In this document: in pieces, positions 1 to 8,749 of the stretch
How the letters are laid out: each line of letters starts with the position of its first letter
Position numbering within the stretch: the first letter of the stretch is position 1
IMG/VR virus record: IMGVR_UViG_2684622582_000004
Reading direction: 5' to 3' (one strand)
DNA length: 35,256 nt
DNA from: a virus
Taxonomy: Duplodnaviria; Heunggongvirae; Uroviricota; Caudoviricetes
Made by a program: the position numbers and the translations under genes
Notes under the pieces: model-generated
What the model was told of the DNA's origin: nothing
Database searches by the model: none
What the model saw: the letters and a program-made list of their open reading frames with translations, nothing else

Positions 1-1215
1 TTATTTTTCAACCTCTGACAGGGGTAAGTAATGAGATGTCTGTAATGTCAAACTCTCTATCTCAAAGGAAATGTTGCTGATATTTTGACCTGCAAATTGC
101 GGATGCCACTCAGCGCCAAGGAATAACATTTCCGCAGAAGTAGCAACTATAGGGTCAATAGCATTAAGATAATGTAACTTATCAGGTGCGCTGTGTAACA
201 GTAACCACTGCAACTCCACTGAAGGATTTGTAAAATGTTCTAATAAATGAAAGTTATTATGTAGTACGCTTAGTAAAAAACTGGTTTCGTATACTTCCGT
301 TACATATTTCCACCCCTGATATTCAGGTGTATTTTCATAAACAATACCCATACCTTCACAATCACTATGTCGAACTGCTTGTGGTGATAATAGTTGCAAA
401 AGAGACAAAACATCGTCCGCATATTTTTTAACTGGATGACGATTTTGCTTACCTTTTATTTGATCAATTTCAAGTGAATCACCAACAACATTGAGAGCAA
501 TAGTAACATGAGGAATATTATTATTATCACGCAAACTGAATAACCGTAATTTATGTTGCTCAATTTGATTTGCATAATACTCACCATAACCACCGGTAAG
601 ATTTTTTCGATCATCAAACTGGCCTACGCAATGTTGCATATGCCATGATTCATAAGCCATTTCACGACGAAGGTTCGAATGACTGGCATCAAACTCAACA
701 ATTTTTCCGTCTGGCACATCAAGTATTGACTTTACAGTATTTTGTTCACTCGGCTGCCACCCTTTCTCGCGTCGTTGAAGCATCTTTTCATGCTCTTCTT
801 CACGCATTCTGAACGCAACGTAGCAGGTTATGCGCTGTAGTTTTGATTCCAGACGGGTACCACATTTCCTGGAAAGAAATTCCACCAACTCCCGTTCTTT
901 GGTTAATATTTGTTGATGATCGGTTTCGATATAATAAAGTGTCGCAGTTGATACTGAGGCAGTATTAAACTTCGATACCAGCCATTCCGGGATTACATCA
1001 TCATTTTTATTAAACAGTGAATATTCTGCAAGCGAGTTAATTTGTTGCACCATTGGAAAGTCACTAATTAGCCATCGATAAAAATGGTTGAGTAACCATT
1101 TTTGGATGGTCTCATTATCCTGGCGAAACAGACTTCTTTGCAAAATTGCTGTTTTTACTTCCGGGGCATTAATTACATCCCTTGCATTATAATTCTGGTG
1201 AATATTTCCAGTCAT
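1..1215 (-). CDS. hypothetical protein, 404 aa, AT-rich accessory gene of unknown function
   Basis: ATG at 1215-1213, TAA at 3-1. A hand-counted 60-nt sample (1-60) is ~35% GC versus >50% in neighbouring yegQ. No family recognised by eye. The gene ends at the window edge so upstream partners are unseen. Confidence 0.55.
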   Translation of the reverse strand: MTGNIHQNYNARDVINAPEVKTAILQRSLFRQDNETIQKWLLNHFYRWLISDFPMVQQINSLAEYSLFNKNDDVIPEWLVSKFNTASVSTATLYYIETDHQQILTKERELVEFLSRKCGTRLESKLQRITCYVAFRMREEEHEKMLQRREKGWQPSEQNTVKSILDVPDGKIVEFDASHSNLRREMAYESWHMQHCVGQFDDRKNLTGGYGEYYANQIEQHKLRLFSLRDNNNIPHVTIALNVVGDSLEIDQIKGKQNRHPVKKYADDVLSLLQLLSPQAVRHSDCEGMGIVYENTPEYQGWKYVTEVYETSFLLSVLHNNFHLLEHFTNPSVELQWLLLHSAPDKLHYLNAIDPIVATSAEMLFLGAEWHPQFAGQNISNISFEIESLTLQTSHYLPLSEVEK

Positions 1216-1702
1216 AACATCCGCCCGTGTTTATTATATCACTCAAAGCAATAATTGTTGACTATAGATTTTTTATCTAAATCAGCATGGTTGCAGGTAC
1301 ATACTCAAGTAAGCCACTCAAGAAAATAACGTAAACTCAATAGTGGCAGCGTCACAAACTTTGGAAATTATGTCTTATATTTGCAGTTTATTTTAGTGAA
1401 TAATTGAGATAAATGACATTATTTTACATCCTCAATAATTCAGGCTGTAAGAGGACGGCAAATACATTCATAATTATCAGGGGATGAACATTCAGGAAAG
1501 TAGTCAGTATCGTCAACTTTTTCTTTTATCACTACATGAAGATTTCGTGTAGATACTCCCATCTCTGCCACTTCTCCCCTCACATTTACACTGGAGCTAA
1601 ACCCGCCGATTGCGCTACAATGCCCGCCCTTAAAGTGGGGGCACTCCCCTAACCGCTTCATCAGGTGAAGCGGCTCTGACCTGTCATCAGAACGAGAGAA
1701 TT

Positions 1703-3064
1703 ATGTTTAAACCGGAACTCCTTTCCCCGGCGGGAACGCTGAAAAATATGCGTTACGCTTTCGCTTATGGCGCAGATGCTGTTTATGCGGGCCAGCCGCG
1801 TTACTCCCTGCGTGTACGCAACAACGAATTCAACCACGAAAATCTTCAGCTCGGCATCAATGAAGCCCACGCGCTGGGGAAAAAGTTTTATGTCGTGGTC
1901 AACATTGCACCGCACAACGCCAAGCTGAAAACCTTTATCCGTGACCTGAAACCGGTGGTGGAAATGGGGCCGGATGCGCTGATTATGTCCGATCCAGGGC
2001 TGATTATGCTGGTGCGTGAGCACTTCCCGGAAATGCCAATCCACCTCTCGGTACAGGCTAACGCCGTAAACTGGGCGACGGTGAAATTCTGGCAGCAAAT
2101 GGGTCTGACCCGCGTGATCCTCTCTCGCGAACTGTCACTGGAAGAGATTGAAGAGATCCGCAATCAGGTGCCGGATATGGAGATCGAAATCTTCGTTCAC
2201 GGCGCGCTGTGCATGGCCTACTCCGGTCGCTGCCTGCTCTCTGGCTATATCAACAAGCGCGACCCGAACCAGGGCACCTGCACCAACGCCTGCCGCTGGG
2301 AGTATAACGTCCAGGAAGGGAAAGAAGATGACGTCGGCAACATCGTACACAAGTACGAGCCGATTCCGGTGCAAAATGTTGAGCCGACGCTGGGTATCGG
2401 CGCGCCAACCGACAAAGTGTTTATGATCGAAGAAGCCCAGCGTCCGGGCGAGTATATGACCGCGTTTGAAGATGAGCACGGCACTTACATCATGAACTCG
2501 AAAGATCTGCGCGCCATCGCCCATGTTGAACGCCTGACCAAAATGGGCGTGCATTCGCTGAAAATCGAAGGCCGTACCAAATCTTTCTACTATTGCGCAC
2601 GCACCGCGCAGGTTTACCGTAAAGCTATCGATGACGCCGCTGCGGGCAAACCGTTCGATACCAGCCTGCTGGAAACTCTGGAAGGTCTGGCGCATCGTGG
2701 CTATACCGAAGGTTTCCTGCGTCGTCATACCCACGACGATTATCAGAACTACGAATACGGTTATTCGGTTTCTGACCGTCAGCAGTTTGTTGGTGAGTTT
2801 ACCGGTGAGCGCAAGGGGGAGCTCGCGGCGGTAGCGGTGAAAAATAAATTCTCCGTTGGCGACAGCCTTGAGCTGATGACGCCGCAAGGCAACATTAACT
2901 TTACCCTTGAGCACATGGAAAACGCCAAAGGTGAAGCAATGCCGGTCGCACCAGGCGATGGTTATACTGTGTGGCTCCCGGTGCCGCAGGATCTTGAGCT
3001 AAATTACGCGCTGCTGATGCGTAATTTCTCCGGGGAAACCACGCGTAACCCCCACGGTAAGTGA
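1703..3064 (+). CDS. yegQ: peptidase U32 family protein YegQ (tRNA-modification TrhP-like)
   Basis: 453-aa ORF with ATG at 1703. The sequence (MFKPELLSPAGTLKNMRYAFAYGADAVYAGQPRYSLRVRN...) matches my recollection of E. coli YegQ. Synteny yegQ-cyaR-ogr is as in E. coli K-12. Confidence 0.87.
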   Translation: MFKPELLSPAGTLKNMRYAFAYGADAVYAGQPRYSLRVRNNEFNHENLQLGINEAHALGKKFYVVVNIAPHNAKLKTFIRDLKPVVEMGPDALIMSDPGLIMLVREHFPEMPIHLSVQANAVNWATVKFWQQMGLTRVILSRELSLEEIEEIRNQVPDMEIEIFVHGALCMAYSGRCLLSGYINKRDPNQGTCTNACRWEYNVQEGKEDDVGNIVHKYEPIPVQNVEPTLGIGAPTDKVFMIEEAQRPGEYMTAFEDEHGTYIMNSKDLRAIAHVERLTKMGVHSLKIEGRTKSFYYCARTAQVYRKAIDDAAAGKPFDTSLLETLEGLAHRGYTEGFLRRHTHDDYQNYEYGYSVSDRQQFVGEFTGERKGELAAVAVKNKFSVGDSLELMTPQGNINFTLEHMENAKGEAMPVAPGDGYTVWLPVPQDLELNYALLMRNFSGETTRNPHGK

Positions 3065-3148
3065 TTAATTTCGATTATTTTTCCCGGATGGAAAATTCTT
3101 AGAAACCGATCACATACAGCTGCATTTATTAAGGTTATCATCCGTTTC

Positions 3149-3235
3149 GCTGAAAAACATAACCCATAAAATGCTAGCTGTACCAGGAACCACCTCCTTA
3201 GCCTGTGTAATCGCCCTTACACGGGCTTATTTTTT
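3149..3235 (+). ncRNA. cyaR: CyaR (RyeE) Hfq-dependent small RNA
   Basis: Sequence GCTGAAAAACATAACCCATAAAATGCTAGCTGTACCAGGAACCACCTCCTTAGCCTGTGTAATCGCCCTTACACGGGCTTATTTTTT matches remembered E. coli cyaR. It ends in a terminator hairpin (stem 3201-3210 / 3217-3226) plus a U-run. It lies between yegQ and an ogr homolog as in K-12. Confidence 0.8.
3209..3235. repeat. prophage att core copy at the ogr end (AATCGCCCTTACACGGGCTTATTTTTT)
   Basis: 27-bp segment repeated at 34755-34781 with a single mismatch (G at 3213 versus T at 34759). It matches my recollection of the 27-bp P2 attP core (AATCTCCCTTACACGGGCTTATTTTTT). Confidence 0.8.
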
Positions 3236-3299
3236 ACGCGTAATACAATGAAATAAAAGGATTTATTTCTGGTCACGTCCACACATTGACCACATCGAC

Positions 3300-3323
3300 A
3301 AAAAAGCCCCTCGACTGAGGGGC
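3300..3323 (-). terminator. rho-independent terminator downstream of ogr
   Basis: Stem GCCCCTC (3306-3312) / GAGGGGC (3317-3323) with loop GACT, followed on the minus strand by six U (complement of A 3300-3305). Confidence 0.6.
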
Positions 3324-3336
3324 TTCCTGTTTGTAA

Positions 3337-3555
3337 TTACATCCACATAATTTGCTGCCCTGACGGCAACGGGTGCGGTCTTACGGCGTGGACTTCTCCC
3401 GGCTTCACGATGTATCGCTGTACCGACTCATAAGTGATGAACGTGGCGCTGCAATTCACGTTCTGACACTGGTGATAACGCTCTTTTGTCGTGTCAGTGA
3501 TATAGCGGCTTGTACGCGCATGTGCGGCATGCTGGCATAAAGGACAATGAAACAT
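3337..3555 (-). CDS. ogr: Ogr late-gene transcriptional activator (C4 zinc finger), 72 aa
   Basis: MFHCPLCQHAAHARTSRYITDTTKERYHQCQNVNCSATF... with a C-x2-C...C-x4-C zinc finger. ATG at 3555 (the ORF-track start at 3618 is TTG). Length matches P2 Ogr. Confidence 0.9.
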   Translation of the reverse strand: MFHCPLCQHAAHARTSRYITDTTKERYHQCQNVNCSATFITYESVQRYIVKPGEVHAVRPHPLPSGQQIMWM

Positions 3556-3636
3556 CGCGAGCACCTCTTCCGGTTTTGTTGATGGTGCCATTTTAGTTAA
3601 TTTATCCTTATAAAACAAACAGATAAAATAAAAACA

Positions 3637-4800
3637 TCACTCATCATCTTCTGTTTCGTACTCCACATCAGAAAGCCTGACCTCAAGCTCCAAGGACGTC
3701 GTGAAGCCGCTATTATTCAGAAAATGTGTCACCTTAGTGATTGTCCAGTCCTGCTCGTCTATGACGCGCTTAAAGCCTGACACTTTAACCGGTGTTTCCG
3801 TGTAAATATCAGCACGACCGGTAGCCAGACTGATGGAGAACTCCGCAACGCCCCGTTGCAGCTTATCCCACTTCGCCTGAGCGGCGCGCATGGCCTGCGC
3901 TTTCGTGGCATATACCGTGGTCAGGGCAAAAACGTTGTCAGCCTCACCGGCCATGTATTCACCTTCACGCGCTTCCGGTACTTTAGGCGCTTTCTTCTGC
4001 CTGACCGGTTTCGCGTTCGGGTGCTCCAGTGCGCGCAGGTGTTTCTCTTTCTTTTTGCGTTTCAGTTTTACCTTCTGCTTTTGCGGTTTCGGGTCTTTGG
4101 TGTGTAACCACTTTGCCGTTACGCCTGTATAGGCTCCGCGGTCAGCAATCGCAAAATGATGACGGTCGCCGTCGCTGCGGGTGATGGTAATCTGCGGGAT
4201 TTTTTTACCGCTGGCCGTCACCCCCTGCCCCGCTTTGAGAAACAGCAGTTTTCCCATTTTTACCGACACCTCACCGCCGTTGCGTTCAGCAAGACGGGTC
4301 AGGAATTTCGCATCAGACTCCTGCGACTGGTCGATGTGCGGGATTTTAATTCCTGCCAGTGACGGCGCGACACTGGCTTCCAGCCTGTTACGGGAGGCTA
4401 TCGCCTCAACAATCGCACCGAGCGTGGTGTCATGCCATGAGCCTTCACGGCGGGAATTGAGCGTCCCGCGAAAATCTGCACTCCGGGCGCGGATGGTGAC
4501 CACATCCGGTGCGCCCCGGTGTTCAACCTCATCAACGGTGAATTTCCCTTTGCATACCAGGGCAAAACCTTTCCAGCCGATATACACCGTCAGGACAGCG
4601 CCACGAACCGGCAGCCCGACCTGCCCGTCGGTATCGTTCAGTTCAATATCAAGCTGGTCAGCCTCAAAGCCCCGGTTATCCGTCAGGGTCATACTCATCA
4701 GACGGTCGCTGATATTGCCGGTAATATCCCTGCTGTCGAGCATCAGCATGTAATCCGGCGTCAGCGTACTGCCTGCATCAAATGTCAGTGCATCCAGCAT
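3637..4800 (-). CDS. D: tail protein D (P2 gpD-like), 387 aa
   Basis: Position next to ogr and length identical to P2 gpD. Its ATG overlaps the U stop (TAATG). Confidence 0.87.
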   Translation of the reverse strand: MLDALTFDAGSTLTPDYMLMLDSRDITGNISDRLMSMTLTDNRGFEADQLDIELNDTDGQVGLPVRGAVLTVYIGWKGFALVCKGKFTVDEVEHRGAPDVVTIRARSADFRGTLNSRREGSWHDTTLGAIVEAIASRNRLEASVAPSLAGIKIPHIDQSQESDAKFLTRLAERNGGEVSVKMGKLLFLKAGQGVTASGKKIPQITITRSDGDRHHFAIADRGAYTGVTAKWLHTKDPKPQKQKVKLKRKKKEKHLRALEHPNAKPVRQKKAPKVPEAREGEYMAGEADNVFALTTVYATKAQAMRAAQAKWDKLQRGVAEFSISLATGRADIYTETPVKVSGFKRVIDEQDWTITKVTHFLNNSGFTTSLELEVRLSDVEYETEDDE

Positions 4801-5279
4801 TATTCCGCCCCCGTCATCCCCGTGAATTTAGTCGCCATACTGCCAGCCTTACCGATGAGCGATTCTGCCTGTTTACCGATATCGCCATAAAGCGCGGCCA
4901 GTGATTCATCCACGCGGGTGAGTGACAGCGTAAAATCAATTTTCCGGGGTGTGCCGTCTGCAAAGAAAATACTCCCTGTTTCACTCACCCTGCTGATGAC
5001 ATACATGCCGTAAATCATGCCTGTGCCATCCAGCAACGGCCACGCCCGGCCTTCCTCTGCCATCAGTCTGAGCGTGGTCATCGTCAGCTTGCCGCCGGTC
5101 AGTTCGGGATAAAGCACACCGGCAAGCGTCATGTTTTCCTCACCAACGCCGAGAAACTGGTAGGCATCCCGTTTACCGATACGGGAATTTGACGGCCAGC
5201 GATAATCTGATTCACGCTGCATGGTCTGGTGTGGCAGCGTCTGGCGCATAAAAACAAACATACCTAACGCGAGCATCAT
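4800..5279 (-). CDS. U: tail protein U (P2 gpU-like), 159 aa
   Basis: Synteny and P2-matching length. Confidence 0.87.
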   Translation of the reverse strand: MMLALGMFVFMRQTLPHQTMQRESDYRWPSNSRIGKRDAYQFLGVGEENMTLAGVLYPELTGGKLTMTTLRLMAEEGRAWPLLDGTGMIYGMYVISRVSETGSIFFADGTPRKIDFTLSLTRVDESLAALYGDIGKQAESLIGKAGSMATKFTGMTGAE

Positions 5280-5293
5280 TTTTCGTCACCTCC

Positions 5294-7741
5294 TTAACCG
5301 TCATGCATCATGCTGGCACGGGCGCGCGCACGTTTATCCCGCTCGTATTTTTCGAGCGCATCCTGTAACTGGCGGTCAAGCTGTGTCCCCGGTGCAGTAC
5401 CACCCGTCAGGCTGATGTGATATTCGTTTTTACTCTGGTCCACATAAGAGCGGCCAGCCGGTGCCGTGACCGGCTGATAAGCCTGATAACCTGCATAAGA
5501 GCTGGTCGCCGGAATATAACCACCGCTGCCATACGTGGCGGCTTGAGTTCTGGCGGCGGTCTGGTCAAGTGTGTCTGACTCTTTGTTGATAACACCGAGT
5601 TTTTCCAGTACCCAGTCAATACCACTGCGCAGTTTGTTGAACGCATTAAGCGGCAGCATCAGCGCGTCAGCCAGTGCCTGCCCGAACATGACGCCCGTGT
5701 CACGGCAACGGTTCAGGGTGTCCTGGGTAGCTTTGACCGGGGCAATCAGGTTTTTAAACCACTGCCACGCGGCCTGTAACTTTTCACCCAGCCAGTCAAA
5801 CACCGGCTTAAGTGGCGTGAACAGTTCCCCCACTGGCGCAAATGCTGCTTTCAGCCCTTCAACCACACCGCCAAAGAATGCGCTGACAGGCTCCCAGTAT
5901 TTACGGATAAGCAACGCCCCGGCGACAATGGTGGCCACCACGGCCACAACCGGCCAGCTAATCGCCCCGATGGCGGTCATAACAGCACTGCCAACCGTCG
6001 TGAAGACTGCCCCCATTGCGCCTGCTGCCGCGATGATGGCATTAATGCCGGTGATAACCGGCCAGGCTACAAGACCAATTGCACCGATGATGCCAGTAAG
6101 CGCCAGTGCACCACCGACAATAAGGCCGATGGTTGACGCCAGTGATTTGTTTTTCTGGATCCAGCCGTCGAGTTTTAACACATACTTTGTGGCCGTCTGC
6201 GTGAGCTTACGCAGTGCGCCTGCCTGCTGGTCAAACAGGTCAGTCCCCACCGCCTCATAAGCGGACTGAAACTCCTTAAAGTCACCGCCGAGGTTGTCCT
6301 GCATGATATTTACCAGCTCTGCGGTCTTTCCGTCTGAGGCTTTAAACGCAGCGGTCAGTTTGTCCAGCTTTCCGGTTGAGGCGGCAGTCATCAGCACGGC
6401 GGCGGCTGAACTGGCCTCCTCCCCGAAAATGGTTTTCATGTATTCAGCCTGCTGGGCAGTACCGAGCCGGTTTTTCTCAAAGCTGGCCTGCATTTCTTTC
6501 AGAATGGTAAATACTGGCCGGGTGTTTCCCTTACTGTCTGAGGTTTTCACGCCAAGCTCTTTCAGTGCATCCCATGCTTTTCCCGTCGGTGCCTGCAGGC
6601 GGCTTAACACGGCACGGCTTCCCGTCCCCGCCATTGAACCGGTAATTTTTGCATCATGCAGCGCCCCGACCATTGCGGCGGTTTCTTCAATGCTGACACC
6701 AGCATTTTTTGACACAGGTGCGGCATAGGTCAGCGCATCGCTCATGCCATCAAAATCGGCGGCGGTTTTGTTCATCGTCATGGAGAGAACATCCCCGATA
6801 TGAGCGACCTTATCGTTTGAAAGCTGAAAGGCGGATTTCATCCCCATCAGCAGGGCGGCGTTTTCTTCCATCGTGCGGCGGTTCGCCAGCGCCATGTTCA
6901 GCGTGACCGGCGTTGCCGCCTGAATGGCATCAACATCCCCACCCGCTTTCGCGATGATAATCTGTGCACCGGCTGCATCATCTGCCGAGGCGGCGGTATT
7001 GTCGCCGAGCTGGCGCGCCTGCTTGCGTAGCGCGGCCATTTCGGCAGAGTCTTTTTCCACACCGAGCACGGCCTGTAATTCTGAGTTTTTCTGCGCAAAC
7101 TCATAACCGGGCATCAGCAGCTTAACTCCGGCCATCGTTCCCGCCGCCGCAATACCCACACCGGCAGCGCCCACCGAGGCCATATTTCCGGCCAGTTCCT
7201 TTCCGACCTGATAACGCTGTTTTACTGCATTAAGTTTTGCCTGTTGCGCACTGACACGCGCCAGCGCATCACGCTGACGGTTAAGCTGTGTGGTGGTTTC
7301 GCTGATACGATTTTTCAGCCCTCGTTCATCATGCGCCAGATTACGGGTATTAATACCCGCCTGACTCAATTCCTGACGCTGGCGCTGTACCGACAATCTC
7401 AGGCTGTTATATTTCGCCTGTAACTCAGACGCGTTTTTACGCGCGGCTTCCATTGCCTTTGCCTGTGCATTTGTCGGTCGTTCAGTATTTGTAAACTGGA
7501 CAGCCAGAGCTGCGGCTTCCTGTCTGGCTTTTTTCAGTTCCTGACCAGTCACGGCTAGCTGTGCACTGGTCTTGCGGAATCCCTCAATACGGGATGCGTG
7601 ACCGTTCAGCTCGCGCAGCGATTTTTGTGTTTCCCGGATGTCCCCCGACAGCGACTTACTCGCTGTGCGGATGGATTTAAACGGGCGGGATGCCTGGTCA
7701 ACAGCCCTGAGCAATACCTTTAATTTTACATTGTTACTCAT
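5294..7741 (-). CDS. T: tail tape-measure protein (P2 gpT-like), 815 aa
   Basis: Long Ala/Gln-rich coiled-coil-like N-terminal part and hydrophobic Gly/Ala-rich middle, typical of tape-measure proteins. Position between E/E' and U; P2 gpT length. Confidence 0.88.
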   Translation of the reverse strand: MSNNVKLKVLLRAVDQASRPFKSIRTASKSLSGDIRETQKSLRELNGHASRIEGFRKTSAQLAVTGQELKKARQEAAALAVQFTNTERPTNAQAKAMEAARKNASELQAKYNSLRLSVQRQRQELSQAGINTRNLAHDERGLKNRISETTTQLNRQRDALARVSAQQAKLNAVKQRYQVGKELAGNMASVGAAGVGIAAAGTMAGVKLLMPGYEFAQKNSELQAVLGVEKDSAEMAALRKQARQLGDNTAASADDAAGAQIIIAKAGGDVDAIQAATPVTLNMALANRRTMEENAALLMGMKSAFQLSNDKVAHIGDVLSMTMNKTAADFDGMSDALTYAAPVSKNAGVSIEETAAMVGALHDAKITGSMAGTGSRAVLSRLQAPTGKAWDALKELGVKTSDSKGNTRPVFTILKEMQASFEKNRLGTAQQAEYMKTIFGEEASSAAAVLMTAASTGKLDKLTAAFKASDGKTAELVNIMQDNLGGDFKEFQSAYEAVGTDLFDQQAGALRKLTQTATKYVLKLDGWIQKNKSLASTIGLIVGGALALTGIIGAIGLVAWPVITGINAIIAAAGAMGAVFTTVGSAVMTAIGAISWPVVAVVATIVAGALLIRKYWEPVSAFFGGVVEGLKAAFAPVGELFTPLKPVFDWLGEKLQAAWQWFKNLIAPVKATQDTLNRCRDTGVMFGQALADALMLPLNAFNKLRSGIDWVLEKLGVINKESDTLDQTAARTQAATYGSGGYIPATSSYAGYQAYQPVTAPAGRSYVDQSKNEYHISLTGGTAPGTQLDRQLQDALEKYERDKRARARASMMHDG

Positions 7742-8161
7742 TCGTGTTTCCGCTTCGCCGGAGCGCCTTTTCGCGCCATGTGATGAGTTCGCTCAGACTC
7801 ATGGGATACAGTTCTGATGGCGGCCAGTGAAATATCACTGCCACATCCGCCATCAGGTCATCGACCGACAGATTTTTCGGAAACGTCACTGCACCGAGTT
7901 CGGCGACAAAAAACCGACCACCTTACCGGCCAGCGCCACAAGGTCAGGCAGTTCCAGCGCGGCGACTTCCTGCTCGGTCAGCATCGGTGCCGTCATGCGC
8001 GGCAGCACTTTAATCAGTGCATCGACTTCGGAGTTTGCGACCGCAGCCAGACTGACACCGCGCAGCGTCCCGGCATTGGGTTTCATCAGCGTGACCTGTT
8101 CGATGACCTGCTCACCACGCTTGACCGGATTGTCCAGGGTAATCACATTTTCTTTGTTCAT
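7734..8161 (-). CDS. E+E': frameshift-extended tail chaperone E+E' (142 aa), product of -1 programmed ribosomal frameshift
   Basis: Heptamer T TTT TTG (minus strand, 7913-7907) is in the zero frame of E. Hand translation of the -1 frame continues ...GFL-VAELGAVTFPKNLSVDDLMADVAVIFHWPPSELYPMSLSELITWREKALRRSGNTNE to TAA at 7736-7734, giving 142 aa, the P2 E+E' length. Confidence 0.75.
7886..8161 (-). CDS. E: tail assembly chaperone E (P2 gpE-like), 91 aa
   Basis: 91-aa ORF ending ...GFLSPNSVQ, with a slippery heptamer near its 3' end. Confidence 0.85.
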   Translation of the reverse strand: MNKENVITLDNPVKRGEQVIEQVTLMKPNAGTLRGVSLAAVANSEVDALIKVLPRMTAPMLTEQEVAALELPDLVALAGKVVGFLSPNSVQ

Positions 8162-8218
8162 GGTTTTCTCACTTCTGAATCGGGGGTTAACCGGTCAGCC
8201 TGGCTGACCGGATGAAAA

Positions 8219-8737
8219 TCACAGGCCGATATTGCGGCGGTGTTGCTCCAGCCGGTCGACGCCGTTCACCTTCTCAATCATGTTGATGGTGTCAATTTCG
8301 ACCAGCTCCTTACCGTCCATCGTCAGCCGGAAATAGGTGCAGACCACGGAGATTTTCGACTCGGTGTCTTCTCCCTGCTTACCCTCGCCGGTGTCGATTT
8401 CTTTCTGACGTCCACGCATGACCACTTCGACGGCCACCGTTTCGCCGGTATCGTCGCGCTGGTAAGAGCCTGCAAAACGAATCGGCACGGCATCCACACC
8501 GGTTGCGGCGTAAAGCTCCCAGATAACCGAATCCGGGAATCCACCGAGCGACCACTCCATTGACAGCGCATCGTCATCAAGGCCGAGGTCTACCGGTGCG
8601 CTGCCGTTCATCCCCGCACCGCGATAGTTTTCGAGCTTACGGGTCAGTTTTGGCAGCGTGACGGACTTTGCAACGCCCTGATAGCTGTAGCCGTTCAGAA
8701 AGACGTTCATTAACTTGAGTTTGCGCGGCATTGCCAT
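8219..8737 (-). CDS. FII: tail tube protein (P2 gpFII-like), 172 aa
   Basis: Synteny and P2-matching length; ATG at 8737. Confidence 0.87.
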   Translation of the reverse strand: MAMPRKLKLMNVFLNGYSYQGVAKSVTLPKLTRKLENYRGAGMNGSAPVDLGLDDDALSMEWSLGGFPDSVIWELYAATGVDAVPIRFAGSYQRDDTGETVAVEVVMRGRQKEIDTGEGKQGEDTESKISVVCTYFRLTMDGKELVEIDTINMIEKVNGVDRLEQHRRNIGL

Positions 8738-8749
8738 CGGTCAGGCTCC

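Noticed and set aside
1440-1661. 73-aa ORF on the minus strand in the yegQ upstream region
   Set aside because: No convincing SD, and it lies antisense in what looks like the yegQ leader and promoter region. The hairpin at 1653-1673 has no U-tract. Likely a chance ORF.
4181-4753. Antisense or alternative-frame ORFs inside tail and capsid genes (e.g. 4181-4753 +, 5571-6260 +, 14735-15364 +, 20813-21412 +)
   Set aside because: Shadow ORFs typical of GC-rich coding DNA, with low-complexity Ala/Ser/Arg-rich products. The opposite-strand genes have P2-matching lengths and synteny.
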